Shown: positions 25,791 to 39,290 of the stretch, in pieces
How the letters are laid out: each line of letters starts with the position of its first letter
Numbering within the stretch: the first letter of the stretch is position 1
Source: Octopus sinensis
Taxonomy: Eukaryota
Direction of reading: 5' to 3'
DNA length: 64,000 bases
Assembly: GCF_006345805.1 (NCBI RefSeq)
Contig: NC_043005.1
Span: 57,846,001 to 57,910,000, forward strand
Made by a program: the position numbers and the translations under genes
The notes under the pieces: model-generated
Told to the model about the DNA's origin: nothing
Database searches by the model: none
The model's input: only the letters and a program-made list of their open reading frames with translations

Positions 25791-27178
25791 TCTCTCCCCC
25801 TTTTCCTTTGTCTTCTCATTTTCTTCTTCGACTGCATCTTTGAAAGTCCAATCATTCGTAGCATAATGACAAAAACGAGTGAGCAAGCAGTTTTTAAGGT
25901 ACCTTTTCTATATCTCTCCCTACAGAAGGGAAAGCAATGTCATCCTAAATAGGCTAATTTGCTAAGAAGATGACACGGACTGTGAAATTGCCCACATATG
26001 ATTCACAGAACGGCCATCTGCTTCTTATCACCGTACGTGCAATGCTCAAACTAGAGAAATCTTCAGTGAATTTCTCTACCTGTGTCCGTCGCAATCACTT
26101 CATCGCTGTAGGATTTGATTTGTCTTCATGTTGTTACTGAACGACCTGCACTATGAGTTAGTTTAAACTGGAATTTGTTTGTGTTGGATAAAACCCACTC
26201 TCTCCACTTAGAAAGCAAAATCTTAACTGAGGCACTGTGTGCCACTTGTCAGATGCAGAGTAGGTCGCAGAAGTAGTATGGCTTGATTTACAAATGAGTT
26301 GAGAGTTTGGTGGCTCAGCACACACACATACACACATAAACACGTATATACATATACAGAGAAAATAAAATATTTAAAAAATATAAAAAGGAATATTAAA
26401 AAATCATAATAAATAAAATGTACATAAAAATATATGTACATATAAATGTATAAAAAATTTAAAAATATAAAATAAAATTCTAAAATATAAATAAAAATAT
26501 ATAAACAATATATACATATGTATTCATTGTTGGATAGCTGTTGCCTGCTTATAAATTCTTGCCTTTTGACAGGTTTTATTTACATACATACAACTACTTA
26601 TTTGCACTTGTGGTGACCACCCGGGATGGGTTGAGCCGGCTCCGACCACATCCGACAGTCGGCTCAAGCGTTCAATCAGGCAGAGTAATGCTTCTGCCTG
26701 CAGCCCCAAAATCCAGAATGCTAATTTGACAAATGCTCGACTGGGAAATAAGCGTGTCGTAGAGCGCGGATCCCGTAGTCGAGTTGCCATTTGTTGCTGA
26801 GGTGTGAGATACATTTTCGGAGTTTCGTTGGGAATATGAGTTCACATGTGGACCCCGGTCGCATGCATAAACACTTTGGGATAGTGTAAACCGTAGCAGC
26901 CCATCTTCCCGTCAATTATCGACCGTCGCAGAGGATTCACTAACCAACTCACTGCCGATTATCGGAACCGGCGTAGTATGGGTTTGAAAGGGATGGTACG
27001 AATGTTAGCTAACCCATAACTGGGATTCTAACAGGTGCTGCTTCACATGAGAACAATAGTGGCCAAGAGGTGTCTCCACACTGCTCAAAATCCTGGAAAT
27101 CCCATACTGAGGGTTCACTACCCGATACAGTTTAAAGTCTTACCCAGGGCACATGCGCACAAACACCTACATACATAC

Positions 27179-27242
<64 letters not shown>

Positions 27243-27365
27243 TATATGCTAGTGACACTATATATGTGCATATATACACATTGATGAATATAGGTATATA
27301 TATATACATACACACACAAATATGTATATACTCATAAGCATGTGTTTACATATATATACACGCAC

Positions 27366-27424
<59 letters not shown>

Positions 27425-27516
27425 CATACATATATACATGCACACGTTGGGAGGAGAAATACAGATACGCAAACACACACACACATATACATTTCATGGT
27501 GAAGGCCGGTTTATGG

Positions 27517-27574
27517 AGATACCCTGGGTTTCTCGTCCATAATGGGTTTAACTTCATGGCGTATCGTCAGACCC
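27517..27574 (-). ncRNA. Hammerhead-like motif in left arm of the same palindrome
   Basis: Minus strand gggt CTGACGA ta cgccatgaag...cattatggacga GAAA CCC-A-GGG TA tctcc; stem I 3' strand degenerate. Confidence 0.55.
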
Positions 27575-27616
27575 CAAGACCTGTTGGCCTAGGAAGGCAT
27601 AGGCCAACAGGTCTTT

Positions 27617-27675
27617 GGGTCTGACGATACGCTATAAAGTGAAATCCTTTATGGACGGAAAACCCAGGGTAACCC
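27617..27675 (+). ncRNA. Hammerhead-like motif in right arm of a palindrome
   Basis: gggt CTGACGA ta cgc tataaag-tgaaatc-ctttatg gacg GAAAA CCC-A-GGG TA accc; stem I gggt/accc. Confidence 0.6.
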
Positions 27676-27760
27676 TATAAACCGGCCTTCAGCAAGAAAA
27701 AATATAGACTGCTCTACTTCTCAGAGTTCTTCTTCTCCGGATTTATGTTTTTAGAAAAAC

Positions 27761-27843
<83 letters not shown>

Positions 27844-28639
27844 GGTTGCTGACAAATTTTCCCGCTTTCTATGGATATTTTATTTTATACAGTCTCTGTT
27901 GTTCTATCAGCATTTATGCGTTTGAAAATAAATTATCTTATTTGTATCTCACAAACACATTTCAACACTTCTAAAACAAACATTAGTTTGTTTACATTTA
28001 TCGTAATATACGATATATATCATCTTCTTCGTCAGAGCTATCTCGCATCCGCGAATATAGTTACTTCTTCACTGAACACTTTCTTTATGGTGATGGCGTT
28101 GATGGTTCTGTAGACCAATTCTTGCATTAAAGTGTCACTAGCATTGACTGCATGGTAATATTGGTGGAAAACGAGGTTGATTTTATCGTCTGATTTCTTC
28201 CTTTTCACTTCTGGCGGTATTTGTTTCCAATGGTCATGCAACACCGCCACTCGGCACGGTCTCAGGCTTGTGTTTCAAACGGTTTAGGCTCAAGTCCAGT
28301 GGCTTTCAGTGTTGTTTTGAGTTGGTTCTTGTACCTTCGAGGAAGGAAACTACGTGGTCTTTTCCCTGAAGTAAGTTCGCTGAATAATATACCCTTCCTA
28401 AATCAGACGAAGGAGATAATACTCAATGCATAGAGCTATAATACTAATAACACAATAACAAACCTTTCAACAGTTTTCATTTTTTTTGTGAAGTTACTTG
28501 TAAAAACAATTGAACTGAAGGTCTACTCCAGACATGAGCTAACTGCGGCTTACGAGACTTACTGAAAGGCATTCCAAATGAAAAATTACCTTGAATATTA
28601 TTTGTAGTGATCATTGTCTGTTGATGCTTCTAGTATCAG

Positions 28640-28998
28640 CCCCATTCTCAAAAAGTTGACCATGCCTGGTGTACTTAATACTGTTTAGTAGAGACTTTGT
28701 GTATAATGCAAATATATGGGAAACTACCACCTGTGTCATCTCTTGTGAAAGGTAGGAGAGTCCAGTTTGCTGGACATTGTTGTAGAGCTGAAAAAGAAGT
28801 AATTTCTACTCTTCTCCTCTGGAAGCCATCTACTCGCAATACCAGAGGGCGCACACTCTCCTACCCTGATGCAATCTCCAGGGATACAGGCATCCAGCAA
28901 CAGGACCTCCGCAATGCCATGATGGACTGTGAAGTCTGGCGTAGCATGGTAAATTCCATTGTCTCGATCACGGTCGAACAATGATGATGATGATGATG
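28640..28998 (+). mobile_element. RTE-clade LINE 3' end with (TGA)n tail
   Basis: YGKLPPVSSLVKGRRVQFAGHCCRAEKEVISTLLLWKP...AMMDCEVWRSMV*, followed by atgatgatgatg. Confidence 0.8.
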
Positions 28999-29260
28999 TG
29001 TATTAATGTTTACAAGTAACTTTTGATAGTGATTTCGAAGTTTCGGTTTACCACCCGAGACCCAATCACCTATATGTGTGTGTGTGTTTAGAAGGTTGAC
29101 TATTATGGCCTGCCTGACGAGTCGCCTATACAGCTAAGCGCTTTATAAGTGTGAAACCAACGGTCACTCCCTGACTGGCCATAACAATAAACCTTCCTGA
29201 TGTATTACTGCTCTATTGTTTTAGAGTGTGCTTCTTTTTGTGATACATGAAGTACAGAAT

Positions 29261-29342
<82 letters not shown>

Positions 29343-29520
29343 GTATGCATGCATGCATGCATGTATGTATATAAAAAGATAAATCGCAGTCATTTTCGAC
29401 CACTTGAGTTACTTGCTAAAAGAGGTTAAATATTCCGCAGATACACGTACCCTGAAAGTAATTCTCAGCCAGAATCAATATTAGAATGATTGTGTAACAA
29501 TTTGCAGAAAATGCCTCTCA

Positions 29521-29574
<54 letters not shown>

Positions 29575-30327
29575 TACTTAATTTATCGACCGAAAGGATG
29601 AAAGGCAAAGTCGACCTCGCCGGAATTTGAACTCAGAACGTAGCGGCAAACGAAATACCTATTTCTATTTCTTTACTACCCACAAGGGGCTAAACACAGA
29701 GAGGACAAACGGATTAAGTCGATTATATCGATCCCAGTGTGTAACTGTTACTTAGTTAATTGACCCCGAAAGGATGAAAGGCAAAGTCGACCTCGGCGGA
29801 ATTTGAACTCAGAACGTAGTGGCAGACAAAATACCTATTTCTTTATTACCCACAAGGGGCTAAACAAGGACAGACATAGGTATTAAGTCGATTACATCGA
29901 CCCCACTGCGTAACTGGTACTTAATTTATCGACCCCGAAAGGATGAAAGGCAAAGTCGACCTCGGCGGAATTTGAACTCAGAACGTAGTGGTAGACGAAA
30001 TACCGCTAAGCATTTCGCCCGGCGTGCTAACGTTTCTGCCAGCTCGGCCAGCATGTTAACAATTCTGCAAGCTGACCACTTTAGATAATATTAGTTTCAA
30101 ATTGTGGCACAGGAACAACAATTACGACGGGCGGGTAAGCCGCTTACATCGACCCCCAATGCTTAAATGATACTGAATTATGGACCCCGAAAGTATGTAA
30201 GCCAAAGTCGACCTTGGTGGAACTTGAACTTTGAACGGACGAAATGGCGGCTAAGCATGTTAACGATTCCTCCAGATCGCCGTCTTGGATAATATTAATA
30301 AAAAGTACAGGGACTTTTCATACAATA

Positions 30328-30409
<82 letters not shown>

Positions 30410-30866
30410 TGTGTGTGTAGCGTATTGCTCCGTTACTTAGGGGGATGAACAAAATAGTAGCTTGCATTTAAATCTTGTGTATATTAGATGTTATATATAA
30501 GGCGTGCTGTGTGGTAAGAAGTTGGCTTCTTAGCAACACGGTTCCGTGTTTAGCTCCAGCATGGCCGCAGTCAAATGACTGGAATAAGTAAAAGAATAAA
30601 AGATATATTGTTTTTATTCCTTTTATTCTTTTAGCTGTTTCAGTCATCTTACTGCGGCCATACTGGAACACGGCCTTGAAAGATTATTTTTCTTTTCCTT
30701 TTAGTCGAAGAAATCGACCCCAGGACTTATTCCCTGCAAGCCTGGTACTTATTCTATGGGTTTCTTTTGCCGAACTTTTAAAGTAACGGGGACGTAAACA
30801 GACCAACATCGGTTGTCAAGGGATGGTAGGAGACCAACACAGTCACAAAAACACATACATACATAC

Positions 30867-30907
<41 letters not shown>

Positions 30908-31357
30908 CGCAGGAGTGGCTGTGTGCTAAGTGTCTTCTACTATAGCCCCAGGCCGACCAAAGCCTTGTGAGTGGATTTGGTAGACGGAAACTGAAAGAAG
31001 CCTGTCGTATATATGTATATATATACGCATGTGCGTGTGTGTGTGTTTGTTCCCCAACATGGCTTGACAACCGATGCTGATGTGCTTACGTCCCAATAAT
31101 CTAGCGGTTCGGCAAAAGAGACCGATAGAATAAGTACTGGGCTTACAAAGAATAAGTCCTGGTGTCGATTTGCTCGACTAAATGTGGTGCTCCAGCATGG
31201 CCACAGTGAAATGACTGAAACAAGTAAAGGGTACATATATATATATATATATACCGGAGTAAACACATAAATGTGAAACAAGGTGGAAAAAAGAGTACTC
31301 AAATACCAGTGGTAGAGTAATATGCTTTATTTAAAGCAGCAGAAAATTCAACAAAAC

Positions 31358-31395
31358 CTGTTACTCTGAGTTTCCGGTTTCCGTTCGTCGGACAG
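31358..31395 (-). ncRNA. Hammerhead-like motif with CCGANGA core (left inverted arm)
   Basis: Minus strand ctgt CCGACGA a CGG-aaa-CCG GAAA CTC-A-GAG TA acag. Confidence 0.6.
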
Positions 31396-31762
31396 TTTTT
31401 GGCAGCCGACGGATGTAAATCGTGTCCCTCTCGCCTGTCACATCGCCACTCACGCCGCCTCGAACCTTTGTACTGCTATTTCACGCCCGAAATAAATCAC
31501 TGTATAAATTTACACCTCTCGCCAGCTCGTCATTTCAACTACTGCTTTCGTCTGTCCAGTTTTGCTGATTACGACCACAGTCCTTTTAAGGGCTAATTCA
31601 AGTCTGATCTGAATGCGATAACAGTCCTTTTTAGGACTACTCTCAGATCCAATCTAATTGCGATAACAGTCCTTTTAAGGGCTACCCTCAGATTAGACCA
31701 GAAGTAGTGGCCAAGAATCATACCCGCTACAATTGGTGACCCCGACGTGATTCTAGCAAAAA

Positions 31763-31800
31763 CTGTCCGACGAACGGAAACGGGAAACTCAGAGTAACAG
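31763..31800 (+). ncRNA. Hammerhead-like motif with CCGANGA core (right inverted arm)
   Basis: ctgt CCGACGA a CGG-aaa-CGG GAAA CTC-A-GAG TA acag; one stem II mismatch relative to the left copy. Confidence 0.55.
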
Positions 31801-31836
31801 GTTTTGTTGAATTTTCTGCTGCTTTAAATAAGTATA

Positions 31837-31889
<53 letters not shown>

Positions 31890-32445
31890 CTTATTACTGA
31901 GATAAATAATGAAAAAAAACTTAAAATAAACAAAAAGAAATATTACCTGGCAGGGAGAGACCCAGTAAACATAGTAAAGTCCATAGTTTATAGGGATCCA
32001 TCCTAATGCTTTTTTCTTACTCCTTTCAGCGAGCAAGTCGTTGTGTGTCGGTCTACCCGAAAGAAACAACAACAATAATAAACAGCAGCTGAATGTAACG
32101 CAACCAACAGCAGCAAAAACAAGAAAAAAAGAAAACTAAAAATAATAATAATAATAAATAAATAAATAAATAAAATGACAGGAAAAAGATGAAAGGGAGG
32201 ATAAGAGGAGGAGGAGGAGGAGGAGGAGGCACGGAAACGAACAATAAAACAAATAAAGCAGAAAAAATTTTAATACGAAAAAAAAGTAGAAAAAAAATAA
32301 TTAAAGAATCAAAACAATGAATAATAACAAGCGGAATAATTCAAACTGTACCAAGATGTGTTTTCTAAACAAGGTGCGTTTTGTGTGGGTTAAAATAGGA
32401 CTTTAATACATACATACACAGTATACATGTTATCATTTCACCACC

Positions 32446-32446
<1 letters not shown>

Positions 32447-32485
<39 letters not shown>

Positions 32486-32532
32486 CACTACTACAACTAC
32501 TACTACTACTACTACTACTACTACCACTACTA

Positions 32533-32587
<55 letters not shown>

Positions 32588-33174
32588 CACTACTACCACT
32601 ACTACCACTACTACTACTACTACTACCACCACCACCACCACTACTGCTGCTGCTGCTATTACCACCACCACCACCACCACCACCATCACAATCAGTATTG
32701 CTTAACTACCAACCTCCGCCGCCACCGCAGCCGCACCATCGCTATCAGTATTATTTATCCAGCGGGAGCAATACCACCCGCCATTACCACTACCACTACC
32801 ACCAACCACAACAACCTCTACTATCACCATCGCCGCGGCCGCCACCACAACCACCACCATCACCACAACCACCACCAACACCACCACCACCACCACCATT
32901 CTAGCACTGCAACTACCATTACCACCACCACTACCACCACTGCCACCGCCACCACCACTACTGCTATTAGTATATCAGCAACACCATCACCACCACCTCT
33001 ACTACTACTACCAATATACAACCGACATACTACGCTATCGCCACCACCACTACCACTACTACCACCACCACTAGTACCACCACCACTACTACAACCACCG
33101 GTAGTTTAGCCACTAATATTACCACCACAAGTACTAGCATCATTGCTACTACTATTACTACCGCCACCACTACA

Positions 33175-33206
<32 letters not shown>

Positions 33207-33230
33207 CACCACAACTACTACTACAGTTTA
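32447..33230. repeat. (ACT)n/(ACC)n low-complexity tract
   Basis: Direct reading. Confidence 0.95.
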
Positions 33231-33497
33231 TATTACCAGCAATACCAGCAACAGTAATAACACCATCCCCACAAACGCATGTGTATCTGAGTATATGTTG
33301 TTGATATTTAGTTCCAGGTGAACTCCAATCGAGATTTATGATCAAACGTTTCCAATTGTGACCATCCCATCATGTACATCAGGTCCTGTGCAATTCTCTA
33401 TTGAAAACGGAATGCTGTTTGGCTTCTATTTCTAGTAGATCGAGCTACCGCATAGAGATCTCCAACCTCACCAACTCAGTTATATGCTTCTGTATAA

Positions 33498-33545
<48 letters not shown>

Positions 33546-33578
33546 GTAGGTAGGTAGGTAGGTAGGTAGGTAGGTAGG

Positions 33579-33645
<67 letters not shown>

Positions 33646-33646
33646 G

Positions 33647-33697
<51 letters not shown>

Positions 33698-35016
33698 GTT
33701 TCTTTATTGGCCACACAGGGCTGCACACAGATGGGACAAGTTACAAGGTAGAGCTTTTCTTTTGGGGGAGGAAAAAAAGGTGGCGTAGGTTTTCCATCAA
33801 AAGGGATCGTAAAAGGGAAAAAAGAATAAAAAAGAAAAAAAGAAAAAAAAGGAAAAGAAAAAAAGAAGAAAAGGAAAAGAAAAAAGAAAAAAGGGAAAAA
33901 AAGAAAAGAAAAATAAAAAAAGAAGAAAAAAGAGGAAAAAAGAGGGAGAGGTAAAAAAAACGATCAATAGGGATCGTGTATCACAGTGTCATGATGTATG
34001 GTGTAAAGGGGAAAGCAAGTAAGTTTTATCTGTGGGAAGAAAAGCCTACGAAAACGACCCCGGTAACCTTGGTCAATATTGTTATATGTTACCACATTTG
34101 TTTGCAAGTGGGTAACCCTCTGTTTTCAATTTCTGGGTTCATAGGATTATGCTCAAGGTGGCTTCGTCATTCATACGTGCCATCCTTTTTTTAAAACGTT
34201 CGCTAGACAAAACTTGTCTCTCTACTCTCACTTTCCTTTTCAAGTGGTACTTGAAGAAGTTGATGAGAGATTGACCAGAGAGGAAAGTGTTTGTCTCCAA
34301 TCCTTTCAGACGCGTCCACCAGATACATTCTTTCGCCATAGCCACAAGGATGATGAAAATAGCTCTTCCTTCCCGTTTGAAGGAAGGAGGCGTGACAATA
34401 TTGACGATAGACTCAGCTGATAAACCGACTCGTCCCACACGTGACAGCAGTTGTTCGACATAAGCCCACAGGTCGGAAATTGTTGGACACTGCACGAGTG
34501 CGTGCAGAACGGTTTCGTCGCTCTGACCGCATCTCGGGCAGGTGGGTCCCGTGTTTCTCGAGCCGTGTCTGTAGAGCTTATCCCGAACGGGTAGCGCTTC
34601 TCGGTAGCACTGCCAGGCCAAGGATATCTGGAAGTTGTCCATGGGCCCTAGGCCGAAAGTCGTCCCGAACAGGCGGGTCAGGTATTCCTCGTCGACGTCC
34701 AGGTTCGCCCCGAGCTCGTCGTCGTACCTCCCCTCCACTAATCCCCTATAGAATGCTTTGGTTGTGATGGAGTCACTCAAGGTTGACCCAGGAAGGCAGA
34801 GTTGCTTGAGAGCAACGCGACACTCGCGGTGCCATTCGCCCTTCCTCGGCCTCTTTTTGATCCACGATTGCAGTTCGGTCATGGAGATGAGCTGCGGGAA
34901 AGCGTGCCTCACAAACGGCGACCACATCTGTTCATCGTCGTCTACGAAGAACCTGAGATGTCGCAGTCTCAGCGCGTGTCTGCGCATCATCAACCACGGC
35001 ATGCCCAGTCCTCCTT
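33698..35016 (-). mobile_element. 5'-truncated Tx1-clade (L1-like) LINE inserted in (GATA)n
   Basis: ORF 34139-35002 begins after a GGLGMP motif, has CPRCGQSDETVLHALVQCP and ends ATLSIIL*; 3' UTR ends AATAAAGAAAC directly followed by (TATC)n. Confidence 0.88.
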
Positions 35017-35036
35017 ATAGATAGATAGATAGATAT

Positions 35037-35430
35037 GTTTCTTTATTAGCCACACAGGGCTGCACACAGACAGAACAAATTACAAGGTAGAGCTTTTCTT
35101 TTGGGGGTAAAAAAAAAGGGGGTTGGTTTTCGATCAAAAGGGATCGTAAAAGGAAAGAAAGAGGACAAAGAAAGGGGGAGGATTAAAAAAGGGGGGGGGA
35201 GAAAAGGGGAGAGGAAAAAAAAAGTTGATCAATAGGGATCGTAATCACAGAAATGTCAATATGAAGTGTAAAGGGGAGGACAGGTGAGGTTTACCCGTGG
35301 AAGGAAAAGCCTACGGAAAAGACCACGGTAACCTCGGTCAATGAAGTCACATGTTATATTTCTTTTTTTTTTGTAAATAAGCAACTCTCTGTATTAATTT
35401 TTACGGTTCATAGAATCATAGTCAAGGTGG
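35037..35430 (-). mobile_element. Second, shorter copy of the same Tx1 family in tandem
   Basis: Same 3' end (gtttctttatt(a/g)gccacacagggctgcacacaga...); retains last codons TLTMIL*; (GATA)n on both sides. Confidence 0.85.
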
Positions 35431-35504
<74 letters not shown>

Positions 35505-35509
35505 GTAGG

Positions 35510-35590
<81 letters not shown>

Positions 35591-35779
35591 TTAGTGGTTT
35601 ATAATGTTTATATTGTATACAAACTAGAACTCACCTGGACTAATCTGCCAGGAAGTTCATGCACTAATTAAATAATTTAAAATATATCATGCAATATTTC
35701 GTCGTGCTTTGTGCCGTCAACTGCTTCATGAAGTTGGACAGGCACAGTTGTGACGTGCCAGTGATTCCAGAAAAGTAAG

Positions 35780-35837
<58 letters not shown>

Positions 35838-36353
35838 CTTGACTCTAATCGTTTTTTATCCAACGACCTCAAAAGATAAATGGAGAGCAAAGTTTACCTC
35901 GATAGGATTTGAACTCTGAATGTAGAAAAGATTAACACAAAGTAAACTATACCTTCTTTAAACAAACATACACTTTCAATAAACATACTCTTTTAACCTC
36001 GCAATAAAAACAAACCAAATAGTTTCCCTGTAGGTTTAAACCTTTACGTGGGTGGGTCTAAGATAGATTTGACCAGGCTTGTTAATCTCTCGTAAATGAG
36101 AACTGTCTGTCTTTAATGCCCACATTCCATTTTCGAGAAAAAGTTTTTAAAAATTCATTAAAAATTTTTTTAAATTCTATTTTATTTTATTTATTCTGTT
36201 TTATTCTTCAAGATTATAATATTTTATTGTAACTTCATTTTTTTTACTTTCATTCCAATATTGGGACTATTACCCTCTTATTGTTGTTTTATTATCACCC
36301 CATGGTTATTGGTATTGTTATTTCTGTTACTATTTTGGAAGATTATCGTATTG

Positions 36354-36470
36354 TTATTACCTCCCCCTTCGCTAAGGCGGAGGTATTATCTACAGTCGTG
36401 TGTGTTTGTCCGTGGATAAGATATCTCAAGAACCACGGATGAAACTTTCAGGGATGTTTGGTTTTATTAT
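36354..36470 (+). mobile_element. Helentron-associated (HINE/DINE-1-like) element end
   Basis: ttattacctcc-cccttcgctaaggc-ggaggtattat short inverted repeat followed by gtgtgtttgtccgt and ggatgaaactttcagg. Confidence 0.5.
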
Positions 36471-36479
36471 TGCCCATAC

Positions 36480-38776
36480 AGGCGCACAAAGAGGGGAACA
36501 CAATATGAACGGGGTCATATACAATTGTATGGGTTTAAAAATTTACAATGACAGATGATTAACGAATGAAACACAAAAAACATTTACATATACAAAAATA
36601 ACACAATGAGGCATTAAAAACAGGTCAGCTCACGACCCCACGAACCCTGTCTTTAATACTGACACTTTGGTAATCTTTCTGACCTGTTCCACCGATCCTC
36701 TGCCTTCTGGATTCGTTAGGATACCGCTCAGCTTTCGCAGTAATGATTCGAGGGCCATCACGTACAAAAGCAGAGAGAGCTGACACCCTTGGCGAACCGA
36801 CCGTTTGATGCAGAACGGTTTCGAGAAAAAGCCGTTCACCCGAACGGTCGAGTCGATATTGTCGTGAAACTGTATGATCCACCTGAGGAAACCAAAACCC
36901 AGTCCGAACTGCGCGAGTACGTAAAACAGATACCGATGGTCTACGCCATCAAATGCTTTAGCTTGGTTTAAATGGACCAGTGCCCCACCTTTGCCAGAAT
37001 TATTACCATACCATTCTACAGTGTAGGGTATAATATAAAGAGTATTCTGGATGGTTCTGCTAGGGACTGCACAAGTTTGTGCCTCCCCAATCAAGCCATC
37101 CGCGACACGCGTCAATCTTTTTGCTAGCACCTTGGCCAAAATATTCATCTCTGCGTTCAGCAGTGTGATGGGCCTAAAATCATCTATATCCCCCTTGTCC
37201 GGGTCCTTCCTGACCAGCGTCACTACTCCCCGGCGCACAACTGTGGGAATAAACCTATGCTGTTGCCTGTTTGCGTGAACGTTAGCCAGTACGTACCCGA
37301 ATAAATCTGACATACTTTTATATAGCACGTACGGTAGACCACTGAGTCCCGGCGCCTTACCACCGCCGCAGTCCGCTATGGCTCCAATCACTCCCTCAGA
37401 TGTGATTGACCCTTCACAACTCTCTGCGTCCTGCCCCGAGCAGCGCGGCAGCCCGGCGAGGAAGTCTGTAAGGTCTATCCTACTATCCGGTCCATCGCTC
37501 CCCACGAAAAGCTGGGCGAAGTGCTCCTGAAAGGTCCGACACATCTCCTCGGGCTCGTTTATCAGATCACCTTGTGTATTCACCAAAGATCGAATTATGG
37601 AATCATTTCCACGCTGAGCTTCTACAACACGTGCCCTTCCAGCGGCCTTGATTCTCTCGCTCCCCATTGCACGAAGTCTAGCTCTGACGAAATATCAGAT
37701 GTGTTTGGCTTCGAGGTGCTGGTTTAACTCCAGTTTCTTCGCCCTCAACTGGGATGCGTCGGCAGTTCTCATGGTTTCCTCTAGAGCCTAAACTAATTCA
37801 GTTTCCTTCTTACGCCCTCTAGCCACTAAACCTATACTGTATCTAATAGACTCGAATTTAATAGCTCTTTTGAGGGCGTACCACCATTTGTTGTTAATAA
37901 TGGAACCGGTCGACGCCCTCTGTATTAATAACTTAATCCGGCTCCTGTACTCCTCAATCGCCAAAAGGGACTTATTGAGTTTCCAGTAGCCAGAACCCTT
38001 ACTACGTAGCTTATCTGAGTACAGTTTACATGCTGTAACTGACCAGGTGAAACTGTGGACACATAACTATGTCTTTATCTAGTTTTCTAATAAGAATCCT
38101 ATGTAAGACCTAGAAGACCCGTCGCTATTTGGTCATGTTCACTATGGAGCGTCCGAGAATTCTAGTCTGTAGGGATCTACTAGCTGAAAGCGACTTAATA
38201 GATCCCGGAAGCCAATGTTAGGTTTTCTACCATAATTAGAGCTAACACTATCCACGCGCGCAGACAGAAAGGAGACGAGCTTCCTCTTCCGATTCCATTC
38301 TGACCTCCACCGTATCTCCGTATCTCCTTCCTCTCGCTATGTATTTCACCTTACGCCATATTGGCTTTAGGCATTTTTCGGTCTCTTTTTTCGATTCTTT
38401 TTTCTTTCACCTTGTACGTCTTGTATATCAGCGTCTTCTTTTCTCAATCCTCAATAATACTTTTTGGAGGGGGCCACTTTAAACTTCGTGCTCCTCCCTT
38501 GACATTATTATGTTTATTCTCTTTTTTCTCTTTTTCTCTTTTACTTGTTTTAGTCGTCATTTGACTGCGGCCATGCTGGAGCACCGCCTTTAATCGAGAC
38601 AACTCGACCCCGGGACTTATTCTTTGTAGGCCCAGTACTTATTCTATCGGTCACTTTTGCCGAACCGCTAAGTTATTGGACGTAAACACACCAGCATCGG
38701 CTGTCAAGCAATGTTGGATGACAAACACAGACACACAAACATACACACACATACACACACACACACCACACACACA

Positions 38777-38837
<61 letters not shown>

Positions 38838-39290
38838 CATATATACGACGGGCTTCTTTCAGTTTCCGTCTACCAAATCCACTCACAAGGCTTTGGTCGG
38901 CCCGAGGCTATAGTAGAAGACACTTGCCCAAGGTGCCACGCAGTGGGACTGAACCCGGAACCATATGGTTGGTAAACAAGCTACATACCACACAGCCACT
39001 CCTGCGCCTATTGAGATTTATTTTTTAGTTTTCGCTCCTGTGACAGCGGCGAAGTCAAGCTTCTTCTTATACTTTTCTTTCTTTTCTTCTACCTTTTCTT
39101 TCGTTAGTGTACTAGGTGTTTCAATGTTTTTTTTTCTCATTGTAGCTGGCATTATTCTCTCTCTCAATCTCAGGTATTCATCGTCGGAATCACTAAATTG
39201 TTTTTCAACCAATTTTTCCACCCCTCCTCGCTCATGCACCTCTTCTCCTCTTCTCTTGGCTTTTCAACACAAGCCGTAAAGAAGGCTTCC
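36480..39290 (-). mobile_element. Internally deleted Tx1/L1-like LINE (ORF1 remnant, APE endonuclease, partial RT) with a SINE inserted at ~38535-39008
   Basis: RT motifs DFRPITLLNAEMNILAKVLAKRL, LNQAKAFDGVDH, VRQGCQLSLLLY in ORF 36630-37667; YWKLNKSLL and NSDGSSRSY upstream. Confidence 0.85.

Larger units (their letters stand above)
27500..27691. repeat. Palindromic element, ~92-bp arms with an ~8-nt loop
   Basis: tgaaggccggtttat...ctgttggccta / taggccaacag...ataaaccggccttca. Confidence 0.9.
31254..31840. mobile_element. Inverted-repeat element (arms 31327-31401 / 31757-31831) enclosing an LTR 3' end and PBS
   Basis: Arms carry hammerhead-like motifs; interior has AATAAA, three ~45-bp-spaced cagtcctttt(a/t)agg repeats, ends ...ctaca at 31731 and is followed by TGGTGACCCCGACGTGAT (31734-31751). 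Confidence 0.7.
33498..35590. repeat. (GATA)n array split by two Tx1 insertions
   Basis: (GATA)n at 33498-33697, 35017-35036 and 35431-35590. Confidence 0.95.

Noticed and set aside
26527-27079. GC-richer segment starting TGTT and ending CA, a possible solo LTR
   Set aside because: No target-site duplication and no clear PBS or PPT; left unclassified
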